Positions 1-9,122 of a stretch of 64,000 nucleotides of DNA are shown in pieces (position 1 is the first letter of the stretch; the number at the start of each line of letters is the position of its first letter). The notes under the pieces are model-generated. The model ran no database searches, was not told the DNA's origin, and worked only from the letters and a program-made list of their open reading frames with translations. The DNA is from an uncultured Clostridia bacterium. GTDB lineage: Bacteria > Bacillota > Clostridia > Oscillospirales > Ruminococcaceae. Both the position numbers and the translations under genes were made by a program. The stretch spans positions 1,761-65,760 of the forward strand of contig CAMWVP010000001.1 of assembly GCA_947177735.1 (NCBI GenBank). Reading direction: 5' to 3'.

Positions 1-793
1 CCTCAACGATATCACGCGTAGTGCCCTCAACGTCACTTACGATGCTGCGGCGACTGCCCGAGAGCAGGTTCATTATCGTGGATTTGCCGACGTTAGGTTT
101 CCCGACGATAGCGCAGGATACCCCGTTTCGGATAAGCCTTCCGCTGTCGTATTTCGCTATAAGGTCGTCAAGCTCCGCCGCTACCGCCGATATCTTCTCT
201 GTCAGCCATTCCCGTGTAACGACGGGCGTGTCGTCGTCGGGATAATCTATCCACGCGGATATCTGCGCCGAGACCTCCATTATCATCGAGGCGATCTTCT
301 CCGCGCGGCGATAGAGAGCGCCCTCGCGCTGACTGTTCGAGCAGGCGAGCACCTGCTCTCCCTGCGCCGATATCATATCGGCGACCGCCTCCGCCTGAGT
401 AAGCGACATCTTTCCGTTGAGCAGAGCCCGTTTTGTAAATTCTCCCGCCGCCGCGGGCTCCGCGCCCGCCCTGAGGCAAGCCGTCATTACGCGCCGCGTG
501 ACATATATACCCCCGTGACAGGATATCTCGCAGACGTCCTCGCCCGTATAGGAGTGCGGCGCTCTGAACACCAGCAGAACGCCATCATCCAGCAGCTTCC
601 CACCGTCGAATATTCTTCCGTAGGCGGCAGTGTAGCCGCGCATTTCGGCGACGGGCTTTCCGGAAACGGGCTTGAAAACGCTCTCCGCGACCGCAAACGC
701 GCGTTCTCCCGATATCCTCACCACCGATATTCCTCCCACTGCCGCGGGAGTGGCGATGGCGCAAACGGTCGACCCGATTGACTCAATTGACAT
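1..793 (-). CDS. mnmE: tRNA modification GTPase MnmE (5' part; truncated by window edge, missing from ORF track)
   Basis: Manual translation from ATG at 793: MSIESIGSTVCAIATPAAVGGISVVRISG...APHSYTGEDVCEISCHGG...GEFTKRALLNGKMSLTQAEAV...GKPNVGKSTIMNLL...VSDVEGTTRDIVE; these are MnmE N-domain and G1/G2 motifs. Confidence 0.95.
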   Translation of the reverse strand, partial: MSIESIGSTVCAIATPAAVGGISVVRISGERAFAVAESVFKPVSGKPVAEMRGYTAAYGRIFDGGKLLDDGVLLVFRAPHSYTGEDVCEISCHGGIYVTRRVMTACLRAGAEPAAAGEFTKRALLNGKMSLTQAEAVADMISAQGEQVLACSNSQREGALYRRAEKIASMIMEVSAQISAWIDYPDDDTPVVTREWLTEKISAVAAELDDLIAKYDSGRLIRNGVSCAIVGKPNVGKSTIMNLLSGSRRSIVSDVEGTTRDIVE

Positions 794-800
794 TATCGTA

Positions 801-3074
801 TCACTTTTTCTTTCCGAATAATTTCCCGAAAAATCCCTTTTTTTCGGTCGGCTCTTCTTGTTCGGCGGGCTCGTCCGAAAGCTTCTCGGCTTCCGTCTCG
901 TAATCGTCGAACATTCCCATCAGAATGGGCTTCGCCTTGAATTCCTCCGCCATATCGTTCAGCAGGTAGGTGTACGTCCGCGTCGGCATATCGATGACGT
1001 AATCGTCAAGGGTATCGCACTTCAACACGTCCTCCAGCTTCTCCGCCATACGGTCGGGGATTGTCGCGGCGGCGGATTCATAGTACTCCTCACACGCGAT
1101 GTTGTACTCCTCGGCGGGGTTGCGCCCCGCCACCTGCGTAAGATGTATGCCCTCGCGCAGATATGCGGAATAGTCGAGATAATCGCACCAGAACTCGTTC
1201 AGCAGCGCCGCAAGTATGCGGTTCTGGAGCGTTTGCAGCTCGTCCGCGTCAAATCTCTCAAGCGTGCTTTCGTACAGGTCGGCGGCGTTCTTCTGCCACA
1301 TCTCGGATTTATAGCTGCCGTCGAGCAGCGAGCTTCGACGCGCGAACGTCGTCTCGCGGTGCTTCTCGCCGATCATGGTGTATTTCATCAGATTAACGCG
1401 CTCGTCAAACGCGTCACCCTCGGAAATGCGCTGAACGCGCTCAGCCTCTCTGAGCAGCGTTTTATCGGTGAGCGCACCCTCGATCTTTGCGGAGGGGTAA
1501 TGTCTGCCCGCAAGCCCTTTAAGGTCGTTGTTTTTCATAATAGAGTCGTCTAGCGCGGCGAAAAATCTGCTTTCGCCGACATCGCCCTGACGTCCCGCTC
1601 GTCCGCGGAGCTGCTTTGTGATACGCGAGCTCTCGCGCATTGAGGTCGCGATAACGAGCAAGCCGCCCACGCTCACGACAAAATCCTTGTCCGCGCTGTC
1701 AACGCCGCCCAGCTTGATATCAACGCCGCGCCCCGCCATATTGGTCGAGATCGTGACCGCGCCGCGTTCGCCCGCCTTGGCAATGACAGCGGCTTCCTCG
1801 GCATTGTTTTTCGCGTTGAGCACCTTGCAGCCGATACCGAGCTTACGCAGATCCTCCGCAATGCTCTCACTCTCCTCGATGCTCTCGCTGCCGACCAGAA
1901 CGGGGCGCCGGACGTCGGCGGCTTCCTTGATCGCCGCAATGACAGCCTTGCGTTTTTCGTCCTTATCGTAATACAACTCGAGCGGTTTGTCGATTCGCGC
2001 GCACGGCAGCCTTGTCGGGATAACGTCCGTGAGTATACCGTAGATATGTTCGAACTCCTCGCGCGCCGCCTCGGCGGTGCCCGTCATACCCGAGAGCTTA
2101 GGGTACAGCCGCGCGAAATACTGGAGCGCGATATTGCCCATAATGCGCCCGCGTGACGTGATCTTTAAGTCGTGCTTAGCCTCGACAGCCGCCTGAAGCT
2201 CTCCCGGGAACACGCGCCCCGGAGCCGCTCTGCCCGTGAACTCGTCGATAAGCAGCACGCTTCCGTCCTTGACGATGTAGTCCTTGTTTTCGGCGAGGAC
2301 GCTCCTTGCCTTGAGACAGGCGCATATCTTCGCGAGCAGCTCCGCGCTGTCGGCGGCGTATATGCTGCACCCGAACATCTCCTCGGCTTTGTCCGCGCCG
2401 CCGTCGGTGAGGTAGACGTTGCGCGTCTCCTCGTCGACCGCGAAGTCGTCCTCATCGAAATCCGCGAGCTTGTCATAGACCTCCTTAACGCCGCCGCTTT
2501 CCTTAACGGCAACGTCTCCGGCAATTACAAGCGGTATCCGAGCCTCATCGATGAGGATACTGTCCGCCTCGTCAACTATCGCAAAGTTGAGCTTCTCGGG
2601 GAAAACGCCGCCCTCAAACCGCACAAAATCGCGAAGATAATCAAATCCCGCTTCCTTTGCGGTCATATACAGCACTTGTTTTTTGTACAGCTCCGCGCGC
2701 TCCTCACGCGGCGTGTCCTCGGTAATGCAGCCGACCGACACGCCGAGCTCGTCATAGATCGGGCGCATCCAGCCGCAGTCGCGGTCGGCAAGGTAGTCGT
2801 TAAACGTGAGAATATGCACCGCCCCGTTGTTCAAGGCTTCATGGCACGCCGCGAACACCGCGCAGAGCGTCTTGCCCTCGCCCGTCTGCATCTGCACCAT
2901 TCTGCCCTCCGTCAGCGAGAGCGCCGCCGAGAGTTGCTCGTCGAACGGCGTTATCCCGAGCGTTTTCTCCGCCGCGAGATAACACCGCGCGAACACCGCC
3001 TCGAGAGAATTTCCCGAACATTCACCGCCCTGCGCGAGCGATTTTATTTTTGCGATAGTAGTTTTCTTATCCAA
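801..3074 (-). CDS. secA: Preprotein translocase SecA-family ATPase, short paralogue (SecA2-like, 757 aa)
   Basis: MQTGEGKT, DEADSILIDEAR, GMTGTA, TNMAGRGVDI and QLRGRAGRQGD motifs; TTG start; no C-terminal Cys/His zinc finger. Confidence 0.9.
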   Translation of the reverse strand: MDKKTTIAKIKSLAQGGECSGNSLEAVFARCYLAAEKTLGITPFDEQLSAALSLTEGRMVQMQTGEGKTLCAVFAACHEALNNGAVHILTFNDYLADRDCGWMRPIYDELGVSVGCITEDTPREERAELYKKQVLYMTAKEAGFDYLRDFVRFEGGVFPEKLNFAIVDEADSILIDEARIPLVIAGDVAVKESGGVKEVYDKLADFDEDDFAVDEETRNVYLTDGGADKAEEMFGCSIYAADSAELLAKICACLKARSVLAENKDYIVKDGSVLLIDEFTGRAAPGRVFPGELQAAVEAKHDLKITSRGRIMGNIALQYFARLYPKLSGMTGTAEAAREEFEHIYGILTDVIPTRLPCARIDKPLELYYDKDEKRKAVIAAIKEAADVRRPVLVGSESIEESESIAEDLRKLGIGCKVLNAKNNAEEAAVIAKAGERGAVTISTNMAGRGVDIKLGGVDSADKDFVVSVGGLLVIATSMRESSRITKQLRGRAGRQGDVGESRFFAALDDSIMKNNDLKGLAGRHYPSAKIEGALTDKTLLREAERVQRISEGDAFDERVNLMKYTMIGEKHRETTFARRSSLLDGSYKSEMWQKNAADLYESTLERFDADELQTLQNRILAALLNEFWCDYLDYSAYLREGIHLTQVAGRNPAEEYNIACEEYYESAAATIPDRMAEKLEDVLKCDTLDDYVIDMPTRTYTYLLNDMAEEFKAKPILMGMFDDYETEAEKLSDEPAEQEEPTEKKGFFGKLFGKKK

Positions 3075-3102
3075 TATTTGTCACCTTTTGATTATTGGGA
3101 TA

Positions 3103-3633
3103 TCAGCACGCCGAATTACGCCTTTTCGCCCGTGATGTTATCGCGAGCAGCTCCGTGCCGCGGTTGTCGAGCCAGCGCGCCACCGTGCGCGTGGTCTGCC
3201 CGCTGCGCACCATCTCGCACAGACGGTCGAACGTCACCCACTTCGCCGCGCAAACTTCAATGGACTGCAAATGCAAAGCGGAAAGCGGCACATCCTTTAC
3301 CAGAATATAGAAATCGCGCAGCATACTGTCGGTGGTCAGCGACCACTCGAGAACTATCTCGTCCTCGTCGGCGCGGATCCCCGTTTCCTCGTACAGCTCG
3401 CGCACAGCCGCCTCGCGGCTCGTCTCTCCCGAGACCGCGCAGCCGCCCGAGCACTCCCATTTTCCTCCGCTCGTCTTTTCGGGAACGCGCTGGGTCAGCA
3501 GTATCTCGCCGTTCGTGTTTATCGTCATGACCTGCACGACAATATGATATTCGCCGTGCGGTATAGGCGCGCCCCTGAGTACCTTCCTGCCCAAAGGCTG
3601 CCTGTTGACCGAATAGAGATCGAAAAACTCCAT
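3103..3633 (-). CDS. NUDIX hydrolase
   Basis: Nudix box GGCAVSGETSREAAVRELYEETGI. Confidence 0.9.
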   Translation of the reverse strand: MEFFDLYSVNRQPLGRKVLRGAPIPHGEYHIVVQVMTINTNGEILLTQRVPEKTSGGKWECSGGCAVSGETSREAAVRELYEETGIRADEDEIVLEWSLTTDSMLRDFYILVKDVPLSALHLQSIEVCAAKWVTFDRLCEMVRSGQTTRTVARWLDNRGTELLAITSRAKRRNSAC

Positions 3634-4820
3634 TATATGCTTTTCGCTCCGTTTTCGAGATTTTTGCGGATAAGCTCACAGCGCTGCTTTACGCAGTCTG
3701 CGGAGCGGTGCGGATCCTCGGGAGTATTGAAGGTGTAATCCATCAGCTTCTCGATCGTCGTGGAGGCAACGTGAAGTCTGGTGTCGGAGGACGCGTAGTA
3801 GATATAGACATTATCGTCTTTGACGATACAGCCGTTTGTGAAGCAGACGTTGGAAACGTCGCCCACTCTCTCAATGCCGTGCGGCGCAATAAACAATCCC
3901 GACGGGGAAGCGATGAGCTTTGACGGATCGTTCAAGTCCGTCGCGAACACATAAATAACGTAACGCAGACCCGCCGCCGTATTTCTTACGCCGTGAGCGA
4001 TGTGTATCCAGCCCTTGGGTGTCTTTATCGGCACGGCGCCCGCGCCGTTCTTTACCTCGGTGAGAGTGTGATAAATTCTGGGAGAGATGACCTTTTCGTC
4101 TGTGCAGAGCACGGGGTTGGTGATATCCTCACAAAGCGCGAAGCAGATACCACCACCGCTGCCCGTCTGAATAAAGTCGTCCTGCGGACGGGTGTAGAAC
4201 GCGTACTTGCCGTCGACAAATTCCGGGTGCAGGCAGACATTGCGCTGCTGGGGAGATTTGGAGATGAGATTCGGCAGGCGCTCCCATGTCTCGAGATCCT
4301 TGGTGCGGACGATACCCGCCTGCGCAACGGCAGCGGACAGATCGTTCGAGCTCGTGTCCTTGCTCTCGGAGCAGAACACGCCGTATATCCAGCCGTCCTC
4401 GTGCTGAGTAACGCGCATATCGTAGACGTTGGTCTCCTCGGGGCAGGTGTCGGGGAGCTGAATGGGATAATCGCGGAAACGGAAGCCCTCGGTGGGCTTG
4501 TCGCTCTCGGCGACGGCGAAGAAGCTCTTTCTGTCCGAGCCCTCCACGCGCACGACTAAGCAGTACTTCCCGTTAAGGAAAATAGCGCCCGAGTTCATCA
4601 CCGCGTTCACTCCCAGCCGCTCCTGGAGGTTGGGGTTGTCGTCATACGACAGATCAAAGCGCCAGAGAATGGGCGCGTGCGCGGCGGTGAGTACGGGGTT
4701 CTCGTAGCGGTCGTAAACGCCGTTATAGAAGTCCGCTTTCGGATTGGGTCTGTTAAGCAGCAGCTCCTGCTTATTCACAAGCTCGGCGAGCTGTGCGTCA
4801 AATTGTTCCTTTGTAAACAT
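3633..4820 (-). CDS. GH130 4-O-beta-D-mannosyl-D-glucose phosphorylase-like protein
   Basis: [37 protein letters not shown] and GDVSNVCF motifs typical of GH130 subgroup 1. Confidence 0.85.
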   Translation of the reverse strand: MFTKEQFDAQLAELVNKQELLLNRPNPKADFYNGVYDRYENPVLTAAHAPILWRFDLSYDDNPNLQERLGVNAVMNSGAIFLNGKYCLVVRVEGSDRKSFFAVAESDKPTEGFRFRDYPIQLPDTCPEETNVYDMRVTQHEDGWIYGVFCSESKDTSSNDLSAAVAQAGIVRTKDLETWERLPNLISKSPQQRNVCLHPEFVDGKYAFYTRPQDDFIQTGSGGGICFALCEDITNPVLCTDEKVISPRIYHTLTEVKNGAGAVPIKTPKGWIHIAHGVRNTAAGLRYVIYVFATDLNDPSKLIASPSGLFIAPHGIERVGDVSNVCFTNGCIVKDDNVYIYYASSDTRLHVASTTIEKLMDYTFNTPEDPHRSADCVKQRCELIRKNLENGAKSI

Positions 4821-4893
4821 AGATACTGAATTCCTTTCACATTGAAAAAATATATATCTATACTATTATAACATATCTTTATCGGAATTTCAA

Positions 4894-4924
4894 GGTTGAC
4901 AGAGCATTTTTTATGAGTTATAAT
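4894..4924 (+). promoter_or_regulatory. Sigma-A promoter of the deacetylase-paralogue array-HAD operon
   Basis: TTGACA-17bp-TATAAT. Confidence 0.7.
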
Positions 4925-4982
4925 TAAAATATGAAGAAAAAACTCACTCGATTTAAAAAATCAAAGCGTAAAGGCTAAGGAA

Positions 4983-5070
4983 CCACTGATTTAATGGCTT
5001 TTTCCCCGCCTTCGGCGAGGAAAAAGCCGATAAAACCGTGTCTCGAAAAAAGAAAAACGGATTAAATCAG
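4983..5070. repeat. Miniature palindromic repeat, family 2 (ends CTGATTTAAT...ATTAAATCAG)
   Basis: 10-bp inverted ends and internal hairpin GGCTTTTTCCCCGCC-TTC-GGCGAGGAAAAAGCC; related copy at 36247-36336. Confidence 0.6.
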
Positions 5071-5092
5071 AAGTTTCCTAAAGGAGGACATT

Positions 5093-5719
5093 ATGAAAAA
5101 ACATATCGCACTGACATTCGATGACGGGCCGAACACCGAGACCACCCCGCAGGTGCTGGAAAAGCTGAAAAAATACGGAATACCCGCCTCATTTTTCCTT
5201 ATCGGCAATAACATCACCCCCGAGAGCGCCGCGGTCTCCAAAGCGGCGTTTGAGTACGGCTGCGAGATCTGCAACCACAGCCGCTCCCACCCGTCTATGC
5301 CCGAGCTTACCGCCGAGGAGATATGCGCCGAGATCGAGTTCACCGACAGCAAGATCAAGGAGATTACGGACGGGGTACCGCGCTTTTTCCGTCCGCCGTA
5401 TATCGCCGTAAACGACGTGATGATCAACAATATAGACAAAACGTTCATAGCGGGCATAGGCGCGGAGGACTGGCTCGACGAGGTGACCGCGGAAATGCGC
5501 GCCGAGAAAATTCTCGCGCAGGCGAAAAACGGCAGCATTATCCTGCTGCACGACGCGCAGGGCAATTCCAAAACCGTCGACGCGCTCGATCTTATAATCC
5601 CCGCGCTGCTGAACGACGGCTACGAATTCCTCACGGTGTCGGAGCTTTTCGCCGCCGAGGGTGTAGAGCCGAGGCGCGGCATTATATACTCGAATGTTTT
5701 GCAGACGGAGATGTATTAA
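5093..5719 (+). CDS. Polysaccharide deacetylase (CE4/NodB), no signal peptide
   Basis: LTFDDGP, NHSRSH, FRPPY and IILLHD motifs. Confidence 0.92.
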   Translation: MKKHIALTFDDGPNTETTPQVLEKLKKYGIPASFFLIGNNITPESAAVSKAAFEYGCEICNHSRSHPSMPELTAEEICAEIEFTDSKIKEITDGVPRFFRPPYIAVNDVMINNIDKTFIAGIGAEDWLDEVTAEMRAEKILAQAKNGSIILLHDAQGNSKTVDALDLIIPALLNDGYEFLTVSELFAAEGVEPRRGIIYSNVLQTEMY

Positions 5720-5728
5720 GGAGGGCTT

Positions 5729-6604
5729 ATGCTGCCTAAAGACAAACGTATCTGTCCGTGCTGCGGCAAAAGGCTTGAGCTTGTGCCGCCAAGCCCGGAG
5801 CTGCTGCCATTAAGAGTCGGCACGTCCTCAAACCGTGTGGAGTATTACTTTCCCTCGCATAAACGCTACACGAGCCTTACCGCTGACCCTCACTCGCGTT
5901 ATTGGCAATGTGCCGCAAACAAGCTCACCTACCACGGCGATCTGAACAAACGCTTTATCAAATACGAAAGCAGATACGGCAAAAGAGGGTGGGAAATAGT
6001 TCCCGTTTATAATACTCAAAGGAAACTGGAAAAGGACGGTTTATGGATTTTCTCGCCGGAAATGGCTTTTTTCTGCGGCAAATGTCAACGCAAGCTCTCG
6101 ATAAACCGAAACCCTCTCGCGATCTTCGGAACGGCAATGTCAGTGTGGTTCGTGGTCGCCGTAGTGGTATTGTGTGTGCTGGCGGTCGTCGTGATAAACG
6201 ACGTCGGCTTGGTTCGCACTGCTGGGATAGTGATCGCCCTGTTGGCAGGAGCATTGTTTGTTATTATAGCTGAGGCGGCAGCGGAAACAATTTTTACGGT
6301 GCGTATGATGAGCAATTTCGTTCCGACCGACGAATACGACAACCTGATCTATCCTCCGACCGACATAAAGCTGAGCGCGGCTCTTCGCTCCCCGTATCTG
6401 CGCGAGGGCAACGTACTCACTGCCAAGCTTGCCGACGGGGAAGTCCACATCTACCTTGTGCGCAAAGCCGATAACTGCGAATTTTCCATATGCTGCGAGG
6501 ACGGCGAGCGCGAACAGCTCAAACAGCGGCTTTCCGAGTGTACGGAGCTTGAGCTGACATTCGAAGGCAGGCGCGTAGGAACGACGGAGATAATCGCGGA
6601 TTAA
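5729..6604 (+). CDS. Uncharacterised membrane protein, paralogue 1 of 3 (split Zn-ribbon, 2 TM, conserved C-terminal domain)
   Basis: AGGAGG RBS; CPCCG ... CGKC; two hydrophobic helices; C-terminus nearly identical to the next two ORFs. Confidence 0.85.
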   Translation: MLPKDKRICPCCGKRLELVPPSPELLPLRVGTSSNRVEYYFPSHKRYTSLTADPHSRYWQCAANKLTYHGDLNKRFIKYESRYGKRGWEIVPVYNTQRKLEKDGLWIFSPEMAFFCGKCQRKLSINRNPLAIFGTAMSVWFVVAVVVLCVLAVVVINDVGLVRTAGIVIALLAGALFVIIAEAAAETIFTVRMMSNFVPTDEYDNLIYPPTDIKLSAALRSPYLREGNVLTAKLADGEVHIYLVRKADNCEFSICCEDGEREQLKQRLSECTELELTFEGRRVGTTEIIAD

Positions 6605-8360
6605 GGAGGGCTTATGCTGCCAAAAAACAAACGTATCTGCCCGTGCTGCGGAAAAAAACTTGAGCTTGTTCCGCCAAACCGGGAGCTTCAGCCCTCGACT
6701 ACGGGCTTTTCCACAAACGGCGTTGTGTACTACTTCTCTCCCGCAAAACGGTATTTCCGAGTTACCGACCACCCGTCGGCAGTGTCCCAAGGCGGTCAGA
6801 ACAACAGTTGGCATTTCGAGGGACGACTTTCCCCGAACCTTGTACAATTCGACCGCAGCCATCCGGGGTGGCATATCGTTCCCGTAAATTACGCGAAAAA
6901 ACGCCTTAAACGTGACGGACTGTTTCTGTTCTCAAACGAGTTGGTTTTCTACTGTAAGCATTGCAGCCAAAGACTTACGCTGAACGTTAATCCCATGAAT
7001 TGGTTTGAATTTGTTTTCTGTTTGTGGTTGGTCGCCGCTTTGGCGGCGTTATGTGTGACAACTTTTTTGGTGACAAATGGTAATGAGGCTTCTCTAAAGT
7101 GGCTTTGGGTGATTTTCATTGCGTCCATTGTTATTTTGGGTGCAAACGTCATTGTCAGCAGTGTTTTTCTGATGATAGTAAAATGCCGCGAAAGCAATTT
7201 TGTTCCAACAGATGAGCGCGACAGCCTTATTTACCCCCCGACCGACATAAAGCTGAGCGCGGCGCTACGCTCCCCGTATCTGCGCGAGGGCAACGTACTC
7301 ACTGCCAAACTTGCCGACGGGGAAGTCCACATCTACCTTGTACGCAAAACCGATAACTATGAATTTTCCATATGCTGCGAAGACGGCGAGCGCGAACAGC
7401 TCAAACAGCGGCTTTCCGAGTGCACAGAGTTAGAATTGACATTCGAGGGCAAGCCCGTAGGAACGACGGAGATAATCGCGGATTAAGGAGGACATATGCT
7501 TTCTAAAGACAAACGTATCTGTCCGTGCTGCGGAAAAACACTGAAACCGATACCGCCCGACAGATACGGATATCCGAAATGCGTCGGCTTATCCGCAAAC
7601 GGCGTGGAGTTTTGCATTATCAACTCCTCGCGGCTTATGAGCTACACACGCAAGCCGCGAAGCGGAATTGGCGGAAACGAAAATATACTTAATTTCTACA
7701 GTGCAGTTGTTCTGGACAGACACTGTGATAAAGTCTACAAAGGCTCAAAATATCACTCGTCAATGCGCCCAAGCGAATCTTTACGCCGAAAGATCGAGCG
7801 CGGCGGCTTAAGTCTGTACGACCCGAATATACGCCTTTTATGCGGCAATTGTGAAAATTTGGTCGCCCTTGATAAAAATCCTTGCCGTTCGCTTGGGGTA
7901 TCGGAAACGCTGTTTGCCTTTATTTCGTTTGTTTTCATGATTTTATTGGTGTTGGCAGTCGCTGAGGTTTTGCCTTGGACAACTTTGGGGATCACGGCTC
8001 TCGCGGGGATCATTGCTGCCGCTGTGTTTTTTCCTATCGTGCTTTTTCTGATAAGGTTTATCGAGAAGCGGTTTAACAATATCGTGCCTATTGACGAATA
8101 CGACAACCTGATTTATCCCCCAACCGAAATAAAACTGAACACATCTATCCGCTCCCCGTATCTGCGCGAGGGCAACGTCCTCACCGTCAAGCTTGACGAC
8201 GGGGAAGTCCACATCTACCTTGTGCACAAAGCCGATAACTGCGAATTTTCCATATGCTGCGAGGACGACGAGCGCGAACAGATCAAACAGCGCCTTTCCG
8301 AGTGCGCGGAGCTTGAGCTGACATTCGAGGGCAAGCGCGTCGGAACAGCGGAGATTCTGG
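6310..8360 (+). repeat. Three ~290-350 bp direct repeats (about 6310-6675, 7195-7545, 8090-8360) separated by divergent ~550-bp segments
   Basis: Long stretches such as CCGTATCTGCGCGAGGGCAACGT and GACGGGGAAGTCCACATCTACCTTGT recur exactly three times. Confidence 0.9.
6614..7486 (+). CDS. Uncharacterised membrane protein, paralogue 2 of 3
   Basis: Same architecture: CPCCG ... CKHC, 2 TM, LIYPPTDIKLSAALRSPYLREGNVL...; AGGAGG RBS. Confidence 0.85.
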   Translation: MLPKNKRICPCCGKKLELVPPNRELQPSTTGFSTNGVVYYFSPAKRYFRVTDHPSAVSQGGQNNSWHFEGRLSPNLVQFDRSHPGWHIVPVNYAKKRLKRDGLFLFSNELVFYCKHCSQRLTLNVNPMNWFEFVFCLWLVAALAALCVTTFLVTNGNEASLKWLWVIFIASIVILGANVIVSSVFLMIVKCRESNFVPTDERDSLIYPPTDIKLSAALRSPYLREGNVLTAKLADGEVHIYLVRKTDNYEFSICCEDGEREQLKQRLSECTELELTFEGKPVGTTEIIAD

Positions 8361-8374
8361 AGGTAATACTATGA
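7496..8374 (+). CDS. Uncharacterised membrane protein, paralogue 3 of 3
   Basis: Same architecture: CPCCG ... CGNC, 2 TM, conserved C-terminus; overlaps start of HAD gene. Confidence 0.85.
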   Translation: MLSKDKRICPCCGKTLKPIPPDRYGYPKCVGLSANGVEFCIINSSRLMSYTRKPRSGIGGNENILNFYSAVVLDRHCDKVYKGSKYHSSMRPSESLRRKIERGGLSLYDPNIRLLCGNCENLVALDKNPCRSLGVSETLFAFISFVFMILLVLAVAEVLPWTTLGITALAGIIAAAVFFPIVLFLIRFIEKRFNNIVPIDEYDNLIYPPTEIKLNTSIRSPYLREGNVLTVKLDDGEVHIYLVHKADNCEFSICCEDDEREQIKQRLSECAELELTFEGKRVGTAEILEVIL

Positions 8375-9045
8375 AAAAATACGATCCAATCATTTTTGAC
8401 CTTGACGGCACCCTGCTGAACACGCTCGGCGACCTTGCCGCGGCGGGGAATTACGCTCTCGGGCAGTTCGGTTTTCCCGTACATACCGAGGACGAGTTCC
8501 GTTATTTTGTCGGCAACGGTATCCCCAAGCTTATAGAGCGTATGTGTCCGCCGAGCTCCGCCCCCGAGACCTTGGAGCGCGTGCATACCGTTTTCGGGGA
8601 ATACTACGAGCTGCACAAAGCCGACCGCACCAAGCCCTACGCGGGAATGACAGAGCTGCTTTCGGAGCTGAAAGAGCGCGGAATAACCGCCGTCTGCAAC
8701 ACCAACAAGGATCACGCTTTCTCGGAGACGCTGCTCCGCTCGTTCTACGGAGATACTCTCGCGGAGATAGTAGGCGCGGGTCTCGGATATAATGTAAAGC
8801 CCGATCCTGCGGCGGCGCTGTACCTCGCCGAAAAATATTTGGCGGACAGCGCTGTGCCGCTCTATGTCGGAGACAGCGGCGTGGATATGCAGACCGCCGC
8901 CAACGCGGGGATCGACGCCTGCGGAGTGCTGTGGGGTTTCCGTGACCGCGCGGAGTTGGAGGAGCTTAAACCGGCGCACATCGCGGAGAACGTTGAGGCG
9001 CTTCGCAAGATCATCCTCGGCAAACAAATACAGATTTTGCCGTAA
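8371..9045 (+). CDS. HAD-superfamily phosphatase (phosphoglycolate phosphatase-like)
   Basis: FDLDGTL motif I, KP motif III, VGDSGVD motif IV. Confidence 0.9.
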   Translation: MKKYDPIIFDLDGTLLNTLGDLAAAGNYALGQFGFPVHTEDEFRYFVGNGIPKLIERMCPPSSAPETLERVHTVFGEYYELHKADRTKPYAGMTELLSELKERGITAVCNTNKDHAFSETLLRSFYGDTLAEIVGAGLGYNVKPDPAAALYLAEKYLADSAVPLYVGDSGVDMQTAANAGIDACGVLWGFRDRAELEELKPAHIAENVEALRKIILGKQIQILP

Positions 9046-9122
9046 AACACCTTGAAATCTCTGTTAAAATATGCTATAATTACAATGATTGTTATTATTT
9101 TGTTTAAGGAAGGTCAAAAAAT

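Noticed and set aside
858-3530. Long plus-strand ORFs opposite secA, and similar shadows opposite EAL, GH13, MCP, spoVAD and ribosomal genes
   Set aside because: Antisense shadows of GC-rich coding sequence; no motifs or RBS
5729-8374. Diversity-generating retroelement explanation for the paralogue array
   Set aside because: No reverse transcriptase in the window; variation is central rather than C-terminal and is not adenine-specific
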